From assembly GCF_000400465.1 (NCBI RefSeq), contig NW_008806274.1:690244-722243 (forward strand): a stretch of 32,000 bases of DNA. The letters run 5' to 3'. Under the pieces are notes generated by a model, which saw only the letters and a program-made list of their open reading frames with translations, did not search any database and had not been told where the DNA came from. Below, piece by piece: positions 20,944 to 32,000 of this stretch. Every line of letters starts with the position of its first letter. Position 1 is the first letter of the stretch. The position numbers and the translations under genes were made by a program. This stretch comes from Wallemia ichthyophaga EXF-994. Taxonomy: Eukaryota; Fungi; Basidiomycota.

Positions 20944-21044
20944 ACTGACGCAAGTAGATAAGAACGTCAGCAATATTATTTATAAGAAAATTTTCAAGAT
21001 AAATAATTAATATTCACATTAATTTATTTATTTAAAATTTATGT

Positions 21045-21636
21045 TCACACTTTCCACGTCTTCTTCATCCAAATCAGCTCTTGCCCAGCTAATAGAAATT
21101 TCTCTGAGTCTACTACGTAACCAAAGCGTAAATACATTTTATGGGCTTTGTAGTTCGCTCTAATTCTCATGTACGCCGTGCTGCTATGCTTTCTCACCAT
21201 TTCTGCTGTGTATTCTTCGCAGTACTTGATTAGCCCACCAGCAACCCCTCGTCCTCTGCCCGCAGGACTAACCGCGAGCCACCAAAATCTGCCTCCTTGA
21301 GAATCTTTGAAGAGCTCCCTTGCCGAATTCTCGGTTTGAGGATTGAGTGTTGATGAAGGTGGCAGATTGTCCAAGTCCTGGGGGAGTGGTGTAAATCTGC
21401 AAGATCCAACTGGCGTGCCACTATAATCAGTTGCTAATATCTGTAATGCTTGATTGTCAAGCCTGAGATCACTCTAAGTACCTCATCAAGTGCTCTTACC
21501 CACAAACTCACGGATAAAGGACTAATTCTTCCTTTGAATATCCATACTCTTCCACGAATGCTGATTCCCTCACTTTGATTGCGTCCTGCAATTCCTCCTG
21601 CTTCGTGCAGATTTTTATGTTTAATCGACGAGACAT
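21045..21636 (-). CDS. GNAT-family N-acetyltransferase (ElaA/YjcF-like), 2 exons
   Basis: ATG 21636: MSRRLNIKICTKQEELQDAIKVRESAFVEEYGYSKEE, intron 21511-21463, then LQILATDYSGTPVGSCRF...LAVSPAGRGRGVAGGL (acetyl-CoA motif A)...MYLRFGY...KFLLAGQELIWMKK. Confidence 0.85.
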
Positions 21637-21774
21637 TACAAACACAAGTCTACAATCAACCAAATCTTCTCACTCCTCGGCCCTTCGGCTCCTTGCCGAT
21701 CACAGGTCTCGCAGTCAGGGCAGCACACCTTATGACGCTATTAGTATGTCTTAGATTACATGTCAAAACACCCC

Positions 21775-24700
21775 TCAAAAGGCTTCTTCATTCTCATCGG
21801 GTTGGCGATACCCTTCTGTTTGTGAGAATACTGTTGGCGTTTCCGCTTCCATTTCCACTTCACCTTCTCCTGCTCCTGCTTCTCCTTCTCCTGGTGCATA
21901 CAGTGACTGAGGCTTCGAACCGAACAGCGTGCTTATCCTGTTCAAACTCTTTTCATCTAGCGATGTTCTACGTTCATTCTGCGCCGATGACATTGATGAT
22001 CTTGATCGCGGTGCAGCAGGCGATGGTGATACAGCAGCTGAGTGTGCTGAGACTAGTTAGTATATCCCTCTCAACCACCCATTAATATCACTCACTCGTT
22101 TTAGGTGGTGCAGGTGAAGTCACACTCGCTCGCTCCTCTTCCTCCATGCTAAGCCTCCGCCACACCCTTTTGATGTACGAGTTGAATACATCCCCTAAAT
22201 CTCCCAGCTGCTTGTCAATACGCGCTTGTTTTTCTGGATGCTCCTTTTGAAACACGTAGAGATCAGTAATCCCTTCCTTGTTCGTCGTTGATTCCGATAT
22301 TTTATCGAATATCTTCCGCAGACGCTCATTCACTCCGTAATCTTCTACAGAAATTTGCGAGTCTCTGAAATTGTTTGCAGTGGACGATACCTGCGGAACG
22401 TTCTTAATACCTAATCCCATACCACCCTCGACTGCACTTGGTGGACCTCTATTGAGCAGTCTGTATAGGTAAGTGTATACAATTGAGTCTTCTGGATTAG
22501 ATACCAGATCTAACTTCTCATACACCTTGTCATCGTACACAGCTTGATTTAAGTCAGCTCGATTAGCACTATGTACCACGAAAATTGCACTCACCAACCA
22601 AACTCTGTATAATAGTCTTGACAGTGCGCAGAGGCATGTCTCCAAGAGCAATCTCGTCACTGGCTCTACTACGCCACTCAGCTGGTGGTATCTTCTGCAA
22701 GAACTGTTCGAGTGTGTAAAGTAACACGCTGGGATCAAGACGAGCAGCCTCCAAGTCATCTTTGACATTTCTTGCCGTCTTCCATACACACTTGAGAACC
22801 AATTCAGGCAGCTTCGCTTCGGCACTCTCGTTGCGCACCTTCAAGTTGTGAAGGTTGATCGTGGCAGCTGACAGAAGATCAAATAGAGCGCTGAATATGG
22901 CTGTGAGATCGCCATGAGTGAATAACCTGAGTAAAAGCATGTTGATGAATCTAGATAAGTCTTTCAGTGAAGAGCTTTCCGCTGTTTGCAATAATCTAGT
23001 CGTCAGCTCCTCCAACAGCAGTCTTATCGAATCACTCGAAAGTGTGGCAGCTATCGTGGGCGAGTCAACCGTTGCATTAAGCGTCTGTATAAGGTGTTTT
23101 GCCAATCTGAAGACGTTCGGCACCATCTCCTCTCTAAGCGTTTCAAACGTGTTAAACATCTGTTCAGACTTCATGTCAGCAATCATTCATTTTCACTCCA
23201 AACACTCACCTGTGTTGTGATATTCGTTACCAATCGGTCAGCTTGCCTGACTAGCTCATCGGATGGACTTTCCAACTTGCGCTGAATAACCTTGAGCGAG
23301 TCGACACTCCTCTCTGGTTCATTTGACAATATCCCGGCGATTGGATCGGCTGGAGGCTGGTTACTTGATTGTATTGACTGTGCAGACTTGTTTGAACTGA
23401 GGGATGTAGGCCTTGATGGTGCTTCCTTCCCCACTTGACCGCTCGAACTAGAACTAGAACTAGGCTGAGGTAATCCAAACGAAGGTTGAGGAAGCGCGGA
23501 TGTTCTACCGAGCTGCGAAGGGGGACGAATACCTCTAGTGCCCGCGCCAATTTTGGATGTAGGGATGCTTTTGCGAGGCGACTCAACTGCTGGGGACTGT
23601 GACCGGTTAACGGTGCGGGAGGAAACTCCAGCTGAGCTCCTTGACTCTGGACGACTTGGGGACTCAGAGCGCAGTGTATTTGGTTGAGATATCCTACTAT
23701 GTGCTGAAGATGGACGTTGGGCAATGCGTGACCCAGGAGCAGGTTTGCCTGTAACAGATGTACCCCTCTCAGGCTGTCTTTTAAGTCTTTCCTCAAGCAT
23801 ACTGAACTCCTTCGGTTGCAGTTCGCCAACCATTGACCAGACTTGCTCGCCAACTATTTTGTAAACTTCTACTAGTGTGTTGAGAACCGAATTCCTCACA
23901 GCACTATCTCTGTCACTGAGACTAGCCCCGATCGTCCTCAGTGCTTTGCCAGAGCTCAGCACACCCATGCCGTGTCTATTGATGATACTCCCAAGCTCGT
24001 CAATGGACTCAGATCTTGCGCGCGAGTTCTTACAAGTCGTACCATGGTCGAGAAGATGACCAAAGACTTTGCTTGGTGGGTACGAACGGCCAAGCAGCTT
24101 GAGAATAGCTCTGATGCGCACTCTGACTGGCTCCTTATTGTCACCCGACTAGACGTATTATTAGTTTTTACCATCTGCATCAAACGCACACACCCACCTT
24201 AATGATCAACGACGGCAAAAAAGCATTGGCTTCGTAGTCCGTAAGTTGAGCATTCACCTCATCCAAAACCCTCAAAGTCAGCTCAATCACCTCCAATGTG
24301 CGCAGTATGATACTCGTGTTGTTATCGAACAATCTCAAAGTAACGTACTTGAGGATGATGTCTACGTTGGCCAAGATATACTGGCGGGACTTGTCGACGC
24401 CCAATCCAAACTTGTCAATGTCACCTAAAGCCTCTTGGACGGCGTCATTGATAACAGCCAGACCAGACAGATAGTCGGACTCGGCGTGGCGATCAGTGCT
24501 AAAGAGCAGGCTATGAAGGCGTGCACTTAAAAATGGTTGGGTTTGATGCTCCATGTAGTCAATCTGCTCCGGTCTGACACCACCTTCTCCACCAAGTGTG
24601 AATCTTGAACTACCATCCTTGACTGCTCTTTGGCGTTTGCTCATCAAGTCCGACGAGTTGAAGGGATAGCTAGTATCTGATGATGGAGTTTGTGCAGATG

Positions 24701-27700
24701 AGGTGCTTGCTATCGACCCGCTAGATGGTTTCTTTGATGGAATCCTGGCCTTCATCCCAGAAGCACTTTCTTCCTCATCATAAGCCGGAGCAGCTGTCGA
24801 TTTCGAAAGTGCACCGAAGCGACTACGCAAACCGGTTGGTCTGGCTATAGGTGTACCAGCTGTCGGTGCATGTGGTGCAGTGAATGTTGGCTTGGCCTTA
24901 ACGGGCGTGCCAGATGCTGGTGGCGGACGAACAGCGCTAGGGACCTTTGGACGACTTGATGCAGGTGCTGGCTCCACCTGTGCTGGTTTAGATGGTGCAG
25001 CCGCTGCAGGTGCTGGCTTAGCGGCTCCTCTCGCACCCTGCAGAATGGGCAAAACAGTGTTTTTAGCAGCCGGTTTCAATTTTTCCGTCTTGCTTTCAAC
25101 AAATCCATATCCTGCACTAGCAATAATGTGCGGGAGGAGAGCCTGTGCGTTCTTCCTTACATCTCCATTTCTATCCTCCAAACTACTGACAATTGGCGAT
25201 GCAAGAGGAGCCAAATCCGTGGAACCAGTCGGCGGAATTTTTTCACCCATAAACAAATTCAGCCACTCTAGCACATTCGAACGAAGCGTTGGGTTGGATG
25301 ATTCAAGAGCAATAGCTAATGAGGAAACGAGTGAATCAACACCCTCGCAAGCAGTAGCCATCGCATCAAGCGTAGCAATAGCGGAGGCTCTAACATTCGC
25401 CTTCTGGTCACTAGCTATACCGGCAACACCTGCTACGAAAGCCTTGACGTACTTTTCAAACGGCTTACCCATAGCGAGAGCGATTTTTTGGATAATGTTA
25501 AGCGCCAAGCCCTGCACGATTTTGTTCTGGTCACCAAGTCTGCCTTTCAGAGCGCCTACTAGGTCGGCGTTCATATTCGGTTGTAGTCTGGAATTCTGCT
25601 TCACTTCCAGAACCGCAAATAAACCTTCGAGTGCCTCTTTACGCGTTTTCCATGCGTCACTCTTAGAGCTTGCTACCGTGCCAGATGGAATCAACTTGTC
25701 GAGATTCTGACGGGGTAAGAGATCATCCATCGCATCCCCCCCAGCAGCTGCTCCATCCTTTGGTGCCCCTCCTGCTGGCGGTTTGGCTGCATCAGCGCAA
25801 GACCTAGAGGGTTCTGGCGGCTCCTGCCCTTCGACTTTGGCGAACTCTGAGTCGATCGTCGTTAGCAGTTGAGGGTTGAGATCGTCCAAGAATCCTCTGA
25901 TATCAGATCCGACGAACAATTTCAACGTAACTAGTGTCTTGGTGGCATTTGTTCTTACCATAGCATTAGCAGACTTTAAACCGGTCTTGAGAAACTCGAT
26001 GAGATCTTTCAAAGCCAAACCAGCGATACCAAACTCGTTGAGCAGCTGCTGAACAAACAACATGGCGTCAGCTTGGGCTTTTGGTGCTTTGATCTTGCTT
26101 ATAGCTTCGTAGCCCTGACTTAAGACAAACTGGTGCGACGTCTTCTCAGAGAAAATAATAAGAGTATCTCCAGCTGGTTTCTTAAGCTTCATATCACCAA
26201 TTTTCTCCACCAACGGACCCACAGCCAAGCTTGCGCAAGCTCTGTTGAAAGATTCTGAAGTATCAGCCAACACGCCGAGCAAGGAAAACTGCTTGGCAGA
26301 TACTTGAAAGTTCTTTTCAGCCCATCCTGGTTTCTTGCTGAGGAATCTGAAGAGCACTTCGCATGATAGCTGTTGGTGGTTCTCCTCATCTATGCACCAT
26401 TTGTGAAGATCTTCTATACCCTGCAATCTTTCCTTCCAGTTGCTGTCACTGAGCTGCGAGACTAGCTTTTCTGGTATGAGCTCAGCAGCTTTGGCTTCTG
26501 CATCTTCAGCTGACATTGACAACTTCGGCTGCTCAGATGGCGCAACACCACCAGTCGACTTGGGTTTGCTGGCACTAGCAGCTGGAGCTGACGCGGGTGC
26601 TGCTTTTGCTGCTGCTGGAGCAGGAGCAGAAGCTACAGCAGGTTTTTTGTTGAGCAGACGCGATGGAGGGGCTCTGGTTGGTGGCTTCACTGGTGAGGGT
26701 GGCTTGGGTGGTTGAGCTGACTCATCGAAACCATTTATGGGATCAGATTGTGGCGTTGGTGGTTTGGCTGGAGCTGCTGCTGGTTTCTGAGATGATCAAT
26801 TAGTGTAAAGCGGCTTCGAAGGACGACCTACTCTGGGTGGTGCAGCTGCGGGCTGTTTAGGTGGTGCAGCCTTAAGAGCTGGCGCTGATACTGCCGCCGC
26901 TTTTGGTTTAAACCCGGGCTTAGCCTTCACTTCAGCCTTCTCGTAGAACTCCATCACCTTCCCCTTACGCTGACCATCGAGACTTTCAACGATGGGGTTC
27001 ATGGCACGCTCGCCGACGATCTTCATGAGCGTACCGAGCGACTCTGCAGACGCTGCACGTACTGGCTCGAAACTGTCCTCCAAGGTAGCTGTACACACGG
27101 CGCCGATGTCCTTCTGCTCGGATTGTGTGGGTGGTGCTTTCGTGCTTTTCAAAGCCCGAACGAGGAACTGTAGTGTACCTTGTTTTACCTGTGGATTCTT
27201 GTGCTTGGCGTAGGTTGTAATGTCATCCATAAAGTCACTAAAGCTAGTGGCGGCGAAGATGGCATCCAAGGCGCCACCAAGCGCATCAGCGACAGTTGCT
27301 TTGCGCTCTTTTAGACGTTCGAAGAGGGGTTTGGAAATGGTGTTTTTGAATCCAGCAAAAGTCGAAGACGGCAGACCCCTTCCGAGCTTCTCTAGCGCCT
27401 GAGCAGCGCCAATAACAACATTAATGTTAAGCTCTGATATGCGCCTTGCTAAGGCGTTGATGAGGTCAGAGTAGTCGGATGAGGCTTCAATTTTGGGTGC
27501 CTTGTTGAGAGTTTCTAGGAGCTGATCAATCACTTCTTTCCTCTCCTGCCACTTCTTGCTTTCGATTAAGGTATAAAATTCTGGGTTGAGTGTCTTGATC
27601 AAGTCGACTGGCGGAATATCTTCATTTGGATCGAAGCCTAAATCCATAGCGCCGTCATCTTGGTTTGATTCAGCGACACCTTCTTCTTCACCGCCAGCTT

Positions 27701-28570
27701 GAGCAGCCTCAGCTTCAGCTTGAGCTTGCCTGGTAAGCCGCGATGCTTTGCCAGATCCTGCACCCTTTCCGTCGCTTTCAAGGTTCTCGAAGCTCTCCTT
27801 GAGTTCTTTAACCTGAACAGGCTTAAGTTCTTCTAGTAGCGGGAATAGAGATTGTCCTAGATAGGTATAAATTGATTGAGCGAGCAGCGTACCTTCAGAT
27901 CTGACGTTTTTATCTGAATGAGCGAATATTCTGGTCAGTGATTTGAGGAGTGGCTTGGTGTTTGTGATTGGCTTGAAGCCAAATTGCGACACCAACTCCT
28001 TCAGCGCGGTGACACAAGTTGCGACCAGCTTTGGCTGTTTAGCAGCGAGTGAGTCGATGACGTTTGCGATGACCGTATCTGCTGTGCCATCCACCTCAAC
28101 AAAGGACAAACACAACTCGATTGCCTTAACTTTGGTCGCTGGTCTCGATGCATTGAACGCCTTTTCAATCGTTGGCTTGCACAGCTCGCCTGAAAGACTC
28201 GCTGCATTCTGGCCAGATTGCTTGAGCAACTCAGTCAACGCCTCGATACCCTTGTCTTGGGCGGCAGCGTTGGAGTCTGTGACAAATTTACTTAGTGTGT
28301 CTGGGCTGCTGAGCCATGGCTTCAACACTGGATCGTCATCTGAAGCGCTCTTCTTGAATTGGTCGATGAGTTCCGCGTAGGCGCTCAATCTGGCTTTCCA
28401 GGACTACTGAGCATGTCAATGGGTGTCTACACGGCTGTATTTTTCCCCACCGCATGTTTAACGCGTTCCGTCAGCGCTATTTGGCTGAAATCTTCTTCCG
28501 GCGGCGGCTGGCCGTCCCTGAAGATAAATAAGTCTGGAGATCTCCGTGCATTACTAGTAATCTCCTACAT
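21775..28570 (-). CDS. STU2: XMAP215/Dis1-family microtubule polymerase (Stu2/Alp14/CKAP5-like), long multi-TOG form, 8 exons
   Basis: TOG motifs SWKARLSAY, KKWQERKE, SNWKERLQG and DAWKTRKEALE, plus C-terminal ALGDMPLRTVKTIIQSL. Introns 28568-28518, 28450-28404, 26831-26787, 24197-24149, 23209-23169, 22594-22543 and 22095-22053. The extreme 3' end is slightly uncertain. Confidence 0.93.
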
Positions 28571-28742
28571 TTTCTTCTTTTCTGTGGTTGCGTGAGTGAT
28601 CGTGTCCAAGATGGAACCACGCGGTGGAAATCAAAAGTAAAAACAGTAAGTAAAAAGCGTCATTGGTAAATTATTTAAAGTACAAGAGTACATTGACGAA
28701 CTAAAGCATCTGCTGCGCTTTACGGTATCTCTCCAACACGCC

Positions 28743-30011
28743 TCACGACACCACACCTTCCGACTGCTCGCCACCGTGTATGACTTGATCGTCGAGTGTC
28801 TCTGTATAACCCACGTGCTGCACATACTCCTGGTCATCTGTTTCCCATTCGATATCCGAATTGGTGGATTTAACTGGCTTGATATGTCTGCCTGGTGCGG
28901 CTGGAAACGCATCACTGAACAGCTCATCAACTATCCGCGCAATTGGCTTTGAAATCCAGCGTCGTGGCGGTGGATACGCGTCCGTGTATTTGGGACCTTT
29001 CCTGAAGGTGCTCAGTGGGTGCCCACCGCTAAACCACGCGAGATGTCCGCCGTGTTTTGTATGGTAAATGTGCACGTTTGGGTTGGCTTTGCATTTGTAT
29101 AGATTGGAGGGAGATGATTTACACTCCTCTGCGGGCTCTGGCCAGGCTTCTGGCATTACTATTGGATCATCTTCCGCGTTCACCCCGAGAAGAGGTATTT
29201 TTACGTTATGGAGGAAGGCACTGGATGATGCGTAGGCATAGAAGGCTTCTGCAGATGGGAACGGGAAGTGTGGAGGGTGTCCTCCCAACTTTCTTGTGAT
29301 TGTGTTATCGAAATCCTTCACTGTGGGCCATCTTAGCGCGTCTAAATGAGCCAGCTCCTGGGGATGCGTATTTTTGATAGCGTGACTGTGCTTTCTGAGT
29401 ATATTCTTCAAATTGTTTCCCATTGCGCGGTTATAGAGGTAGTGGCCGAGAAAAGTGCTTTCGAGCTGTTCACTAGACTTGACAAGATCCCAAGGGTTGC
29501 CTAGAGCAATAGCAGCCTTGAATGGACATCTATCGCCTTCTTCACCAACGAATTTTGTCAAAACATTTGCGCCTAAACTGAAACCCACTCCGATAAACTG
29601 CGCTGAGGGGTAAGTGTTGGAGAGGTAGAGCATCGCGCAACGCAGATCATTTGTTTGTCCTCCGCTGTAGAATAACGGGCTATCCACGCTTGTATTCGCG
29701 CATCCTCGGAAATTCATCACGACTGAGGTGGTGTTCGCGGATAACTGTGCAATGAGCGATCTGATATACGACTCGTGTGAGCCACCAGTGAGCCCGTGGC
29801 AGAATACAACCACATTCAGCTTCCCCGGGTTGTGAATATCGAGTGAAAGTGATCCGCCGTCTTTGAGAGATAGAGTATGCCTCCGATATTCGACGGAATC
29901 AATCTGAGTGGTGTCGAGGAGAGTGGCGAATATAGTCTGTAAATGGCCACCAGGCAGCCACGCCGATGGAATAAAATTTTGACTAAACGCGTCTTTAACC
30001 AGTGCGTCCAT
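28743..30011 (-). CDS. Alpha/beta hydrolase, Eht1/Eeb1-ABHD3 (UPF0017) family acyltransferase/esterase
   Basis: GGHLQT, HGLTGGSHESY, VMNFRGC, nucleophile GFSLGAN, acid NAEDDP, His GGHLAW. First in-frame ATG 30011. A terminal intron near 28750 may alter the last few residues. Confidence 0.9.
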   Translation of the reverse strand: MDALVKDAFSQNFIPSAWLPGGHLQTIFATLLDTTQIDSVEYRRHTLSLKDGGSLSLDIHNPGKLNVVVFCHGLTGGSHESYIRSLIAQLSANTTSVVMNFRGCANTSVDSPLFYSGGQTNDLRCAMLYLSNTYPSAQFIGVGFSLGANVLTKFVGEEGDRCPFKAAIALGNPWDLVKSSEQLESTFLGHYLYNRAMGNNLKNILRKHSHAIKNTHPQELAHLDALRWPTVKDFDNTITRKLGGHPPHFPFPSAEAFYAYASSSAFLHNVKIPLLGVNAEDDPIVMPEAWPEPAEECKSSPSNLYKCKANPNVHIYHTKHGGHLAWFSGGHPLSTFRKGPKYTDAYPPPRRWISKPIARIVDELFSDAFPAAPGRHIKPVKSTNSDIEWETDDQEYVQHVGYTETLDDQVIHGGEQSEGVVS

Positions 30012-32000
30012 GATGTCAAGGGACAAAAGCAAATTGCTGTTCGATCCCAAGCGACATGATCCAGTAAAATTCAGTAATAATCATTTAAATAAAAAGAAGT
30101 CAAGCGATGGCCATTCGCTGGGCCAGTCCATCTCCACCACCTCCTCCACCGTCGACGACTCCTTCTCCAGAGATCACTACAAGGATAAAGAAAAGCAGCG
30201 TAAGAAGCGTAGGGATGCTCGTTCGCAGAGCAGCCACGAGTCGAGATCTTCAAACAATTCAAACTCAAATTCAAAGAAATCAAAGGATGAGCCGGCGTCG
30301 GCGTTTTTAGTCCAGTTGAAGCGCGCTTATAGAGACATAATGGATACAGAGAACAAGCTAATCGATGAACGTAGAATGGCGATCACTTCCTCTACCAAAA
30401 TATCCCTTTTCGGCCAAAACCCGGGGAAATCGAACGACGACTTGAATTGGATACGCTTGGTTAACAAGCACAAATCTCTTGCCGACGCTTATCACAGCTT
30501 TCTTGCTACTTCTCTCGCTCCCCACACCCCAACTTCCCTGCACGCCCTGCCCCAGAAGTACAACATCCCCACAAGACTCTGGCAGAATGCTTTCCATGGC
30601 CTGCTCGAGAAAATGAGGAGTGGGCTGAATCCAAAAAACCCCAGCTCTATTCTAGACCATCTCAGCGACTTTGTCTATCACGCGTACGCCTTCTATACCA
30701 ACCTACTAGAAGAACCGGTTCTGTCGCCATTCAAAGCAAGCTGGATTGAGGCTCTCGGAGATCTAGCGAGGTATAGAATGGCTGTAGCATCCATCGAGTC
30801 CACAGTTTCCACCGGTAACGGTAGTAGTAGCAGCCCGTATTCGCTACCTACCACTTTTGCCACTCCAGCGCCACCCACACCTTTCCAGGCACGCGTAGAT
30901 GACTCGCAGCCAGAGATGCCACCTCATGCCGATGTTGCCAGCGTTGGTTTGCCAGCGTTGATGTCTGGTGGTTTTGATGTTGAGGACAGACACCTATGGA
31001 GGCAGGTTGCGCGCGACTGGTATGGCCAAGGGCTTCGAGATATGCCAGGTTGGTTGCTTCTACCACGCTAACACTCGCACTCATTCAACTACAGGCACTG
31101 GTCGACTGCAACACCACCTGGGTGTCCTTTGCAGGAATTCGCAGGACCCCGATGAGGGATTGCGAGCGCTATACCATCTCTGTAAAGCACTCACAACCTC
31201 CCACCCCTACCCCACTGCTCGAGAGACATTGCTTGGTCTGTTCGACCCCGAGCTGCAGAGTGCGCGAAAGAGGGAGGAGAGTGTAACTGAGCTCTTTACA
31301 CACGCACACGGACTGCTCTTCACGCGTGTCGAGCTGGATAGCTTTCCTCAAGCGCACGAGCGTCTCGTTGCACATCTCCAAGCTAAGCGCGCATCATTGC
31401 CCGATTCGGTGTGGATCATGATGGGCGTGGTGAACATAGCAAGTTTGCTGCAATACGGGCAGGATGACAGTGTTCTAAAACGTACCGCGGCTGCGACAGA
31501 TGACGGAGCGAAGCGACAGAAACAGCTTCACACATCGACTTCAAACCCTTCTCTCAACTCGGGCGGCGCTTTCAGTGCGCTTAGCTCCCCAGTCCCACCC
31601 GTGCCAGCATTACCGCAGGCGATCATGATGCATTCGAATAACAGGACAGGCAGTAACCCCAATCTCAATCTCATGTCGAGCAGTCCCAAATCAAGTCACT
31701 CGTTGGAGAATCTCAACAACTTCAATAACAGACCAGCCTCCAGCGCCAGCACGCGATCAGGTGGTGGCGACGACGATGTGCTCCTCGCGCTGAATAAGGA
31801 GGGCGTCAGCGAGGAGTATAGCACATCCAATACGGTTTTCGAGCATGCGCAGGAGATGACGTTCAGTATATTCGCTCTCCTCCTCCAGAAGCCTACTACG
31901 ACTAGAGAGGGAGGTGAAGGAGGGGCACCACTTAACCCATACATCACGATCGTGATGACGTATCTGACGACGATCCTTAAGCAGCCGACTGCGCTTTCGC
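30010..32000 (+). CDS. Est1/Ebs1/SMG5-7-like protein (telomerase/NMD factor family), partial, runs off window
   Basis: PTRLWQNAFH..LDHLSDFVYHAYAFYT..WIEALGDLARYRMA..WRQVARDWY, intron 31049-31094, then GRLQHHLGVL..ALYHLCK..HGLLFT..WIMMGVVNI..LNPYITIVMTYL; frame open to 32000. Confidence 0.88.

Noticed and set aside
20971-21044. Nearly pure AT stretch between GNAT and GPAT
   Set aside because: Adequately explained as the combined GNAT terminator and GPAT promoter; no repeat or element structure.
21370-21390. Apparent frameshift between the two halves of the GNAT gene
   Set aside because: On recounting, the C-run has five bases (CTC CCC CAG), so both halves are in one frame; no frameshift or pseudogene.
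7119-30011. Possible lipid or glycolipid ester biosynthetic cluster (AKR, ABCB exporter, GPAT, GNAT, Eht1-like acyltransferase)
   Set aside because: There is no backbone enzyme (PKS, NRPS, FAS or glycosyltransferase), the genes are interleaved with housekeeping loci (STU2, MOB1, cyclin), and proximity is expected at this gene density.
1866-31947. Many antisense or alternate-frame ORFs in the track (for example 1866-2117, 2262-2558, 21579-22085, 23251-23853, 24880-25710, 27943-28380)
   Set aside because: They are shadows of real GC-rich coding sequence on the opposite strand or frame and show no family motifs.

Overview
Eukaryotic (fungal) nuclear DNA, very gene-dense, with short introns of about 41-66 nt and intergenic gaps often under 150 bp. 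Gene content and splice signals (GTGAGT/GTGGGT/GTAAGT...CTAAC...YAG) fit a compact-genome basidiomycete; a Wallemia-like organism is my inference only. I can support about 17 protein-coding loci and 2 tRNA genes. In order: partial unknown gene, fungal membrane protein, G-patch/DUF4187 protein, Faf1-like ribosome biogenesis factor, tRNA-Leu(CAG), orphan multi-exon gene with HSF-like motifs, tRNA-Asn(GTT), aldo-keto reductase, Pho80/Pcl-type cyclin, PPR-like protein, MOB1, an orphan membrane-protein gene absent from the ORF track, DUF6593-like protein, full-length ABCB/MDR transporter, Sct1/Gpt2-type glycerol-3-phosphate acyltransferase, ElaA/YjcF-type GNAT, long XMAP215/Stu2 polymerase, Eht1/ABHD-type alpha/beta hydrolase and the 5' part of an Est1/SMG6-like gene. 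No mobile element, rRNA or CRISPR array was seen. The most unusual items: (i) two divergent genes whose start codons overlap in one CATG, with no intergenic promoter; (ii) a perfectly paired CAG-anticodon tRNA combining a class-II variable arm with a class-I-like D arm; (iii) a Stu2 start codon split by an intron, reading AUG-UAG if unspliced; (iv) an ABCB transporter with glutamates at pseudo-symmetric cavity positions. All gene models and alignments were made by eye, with no database searches.
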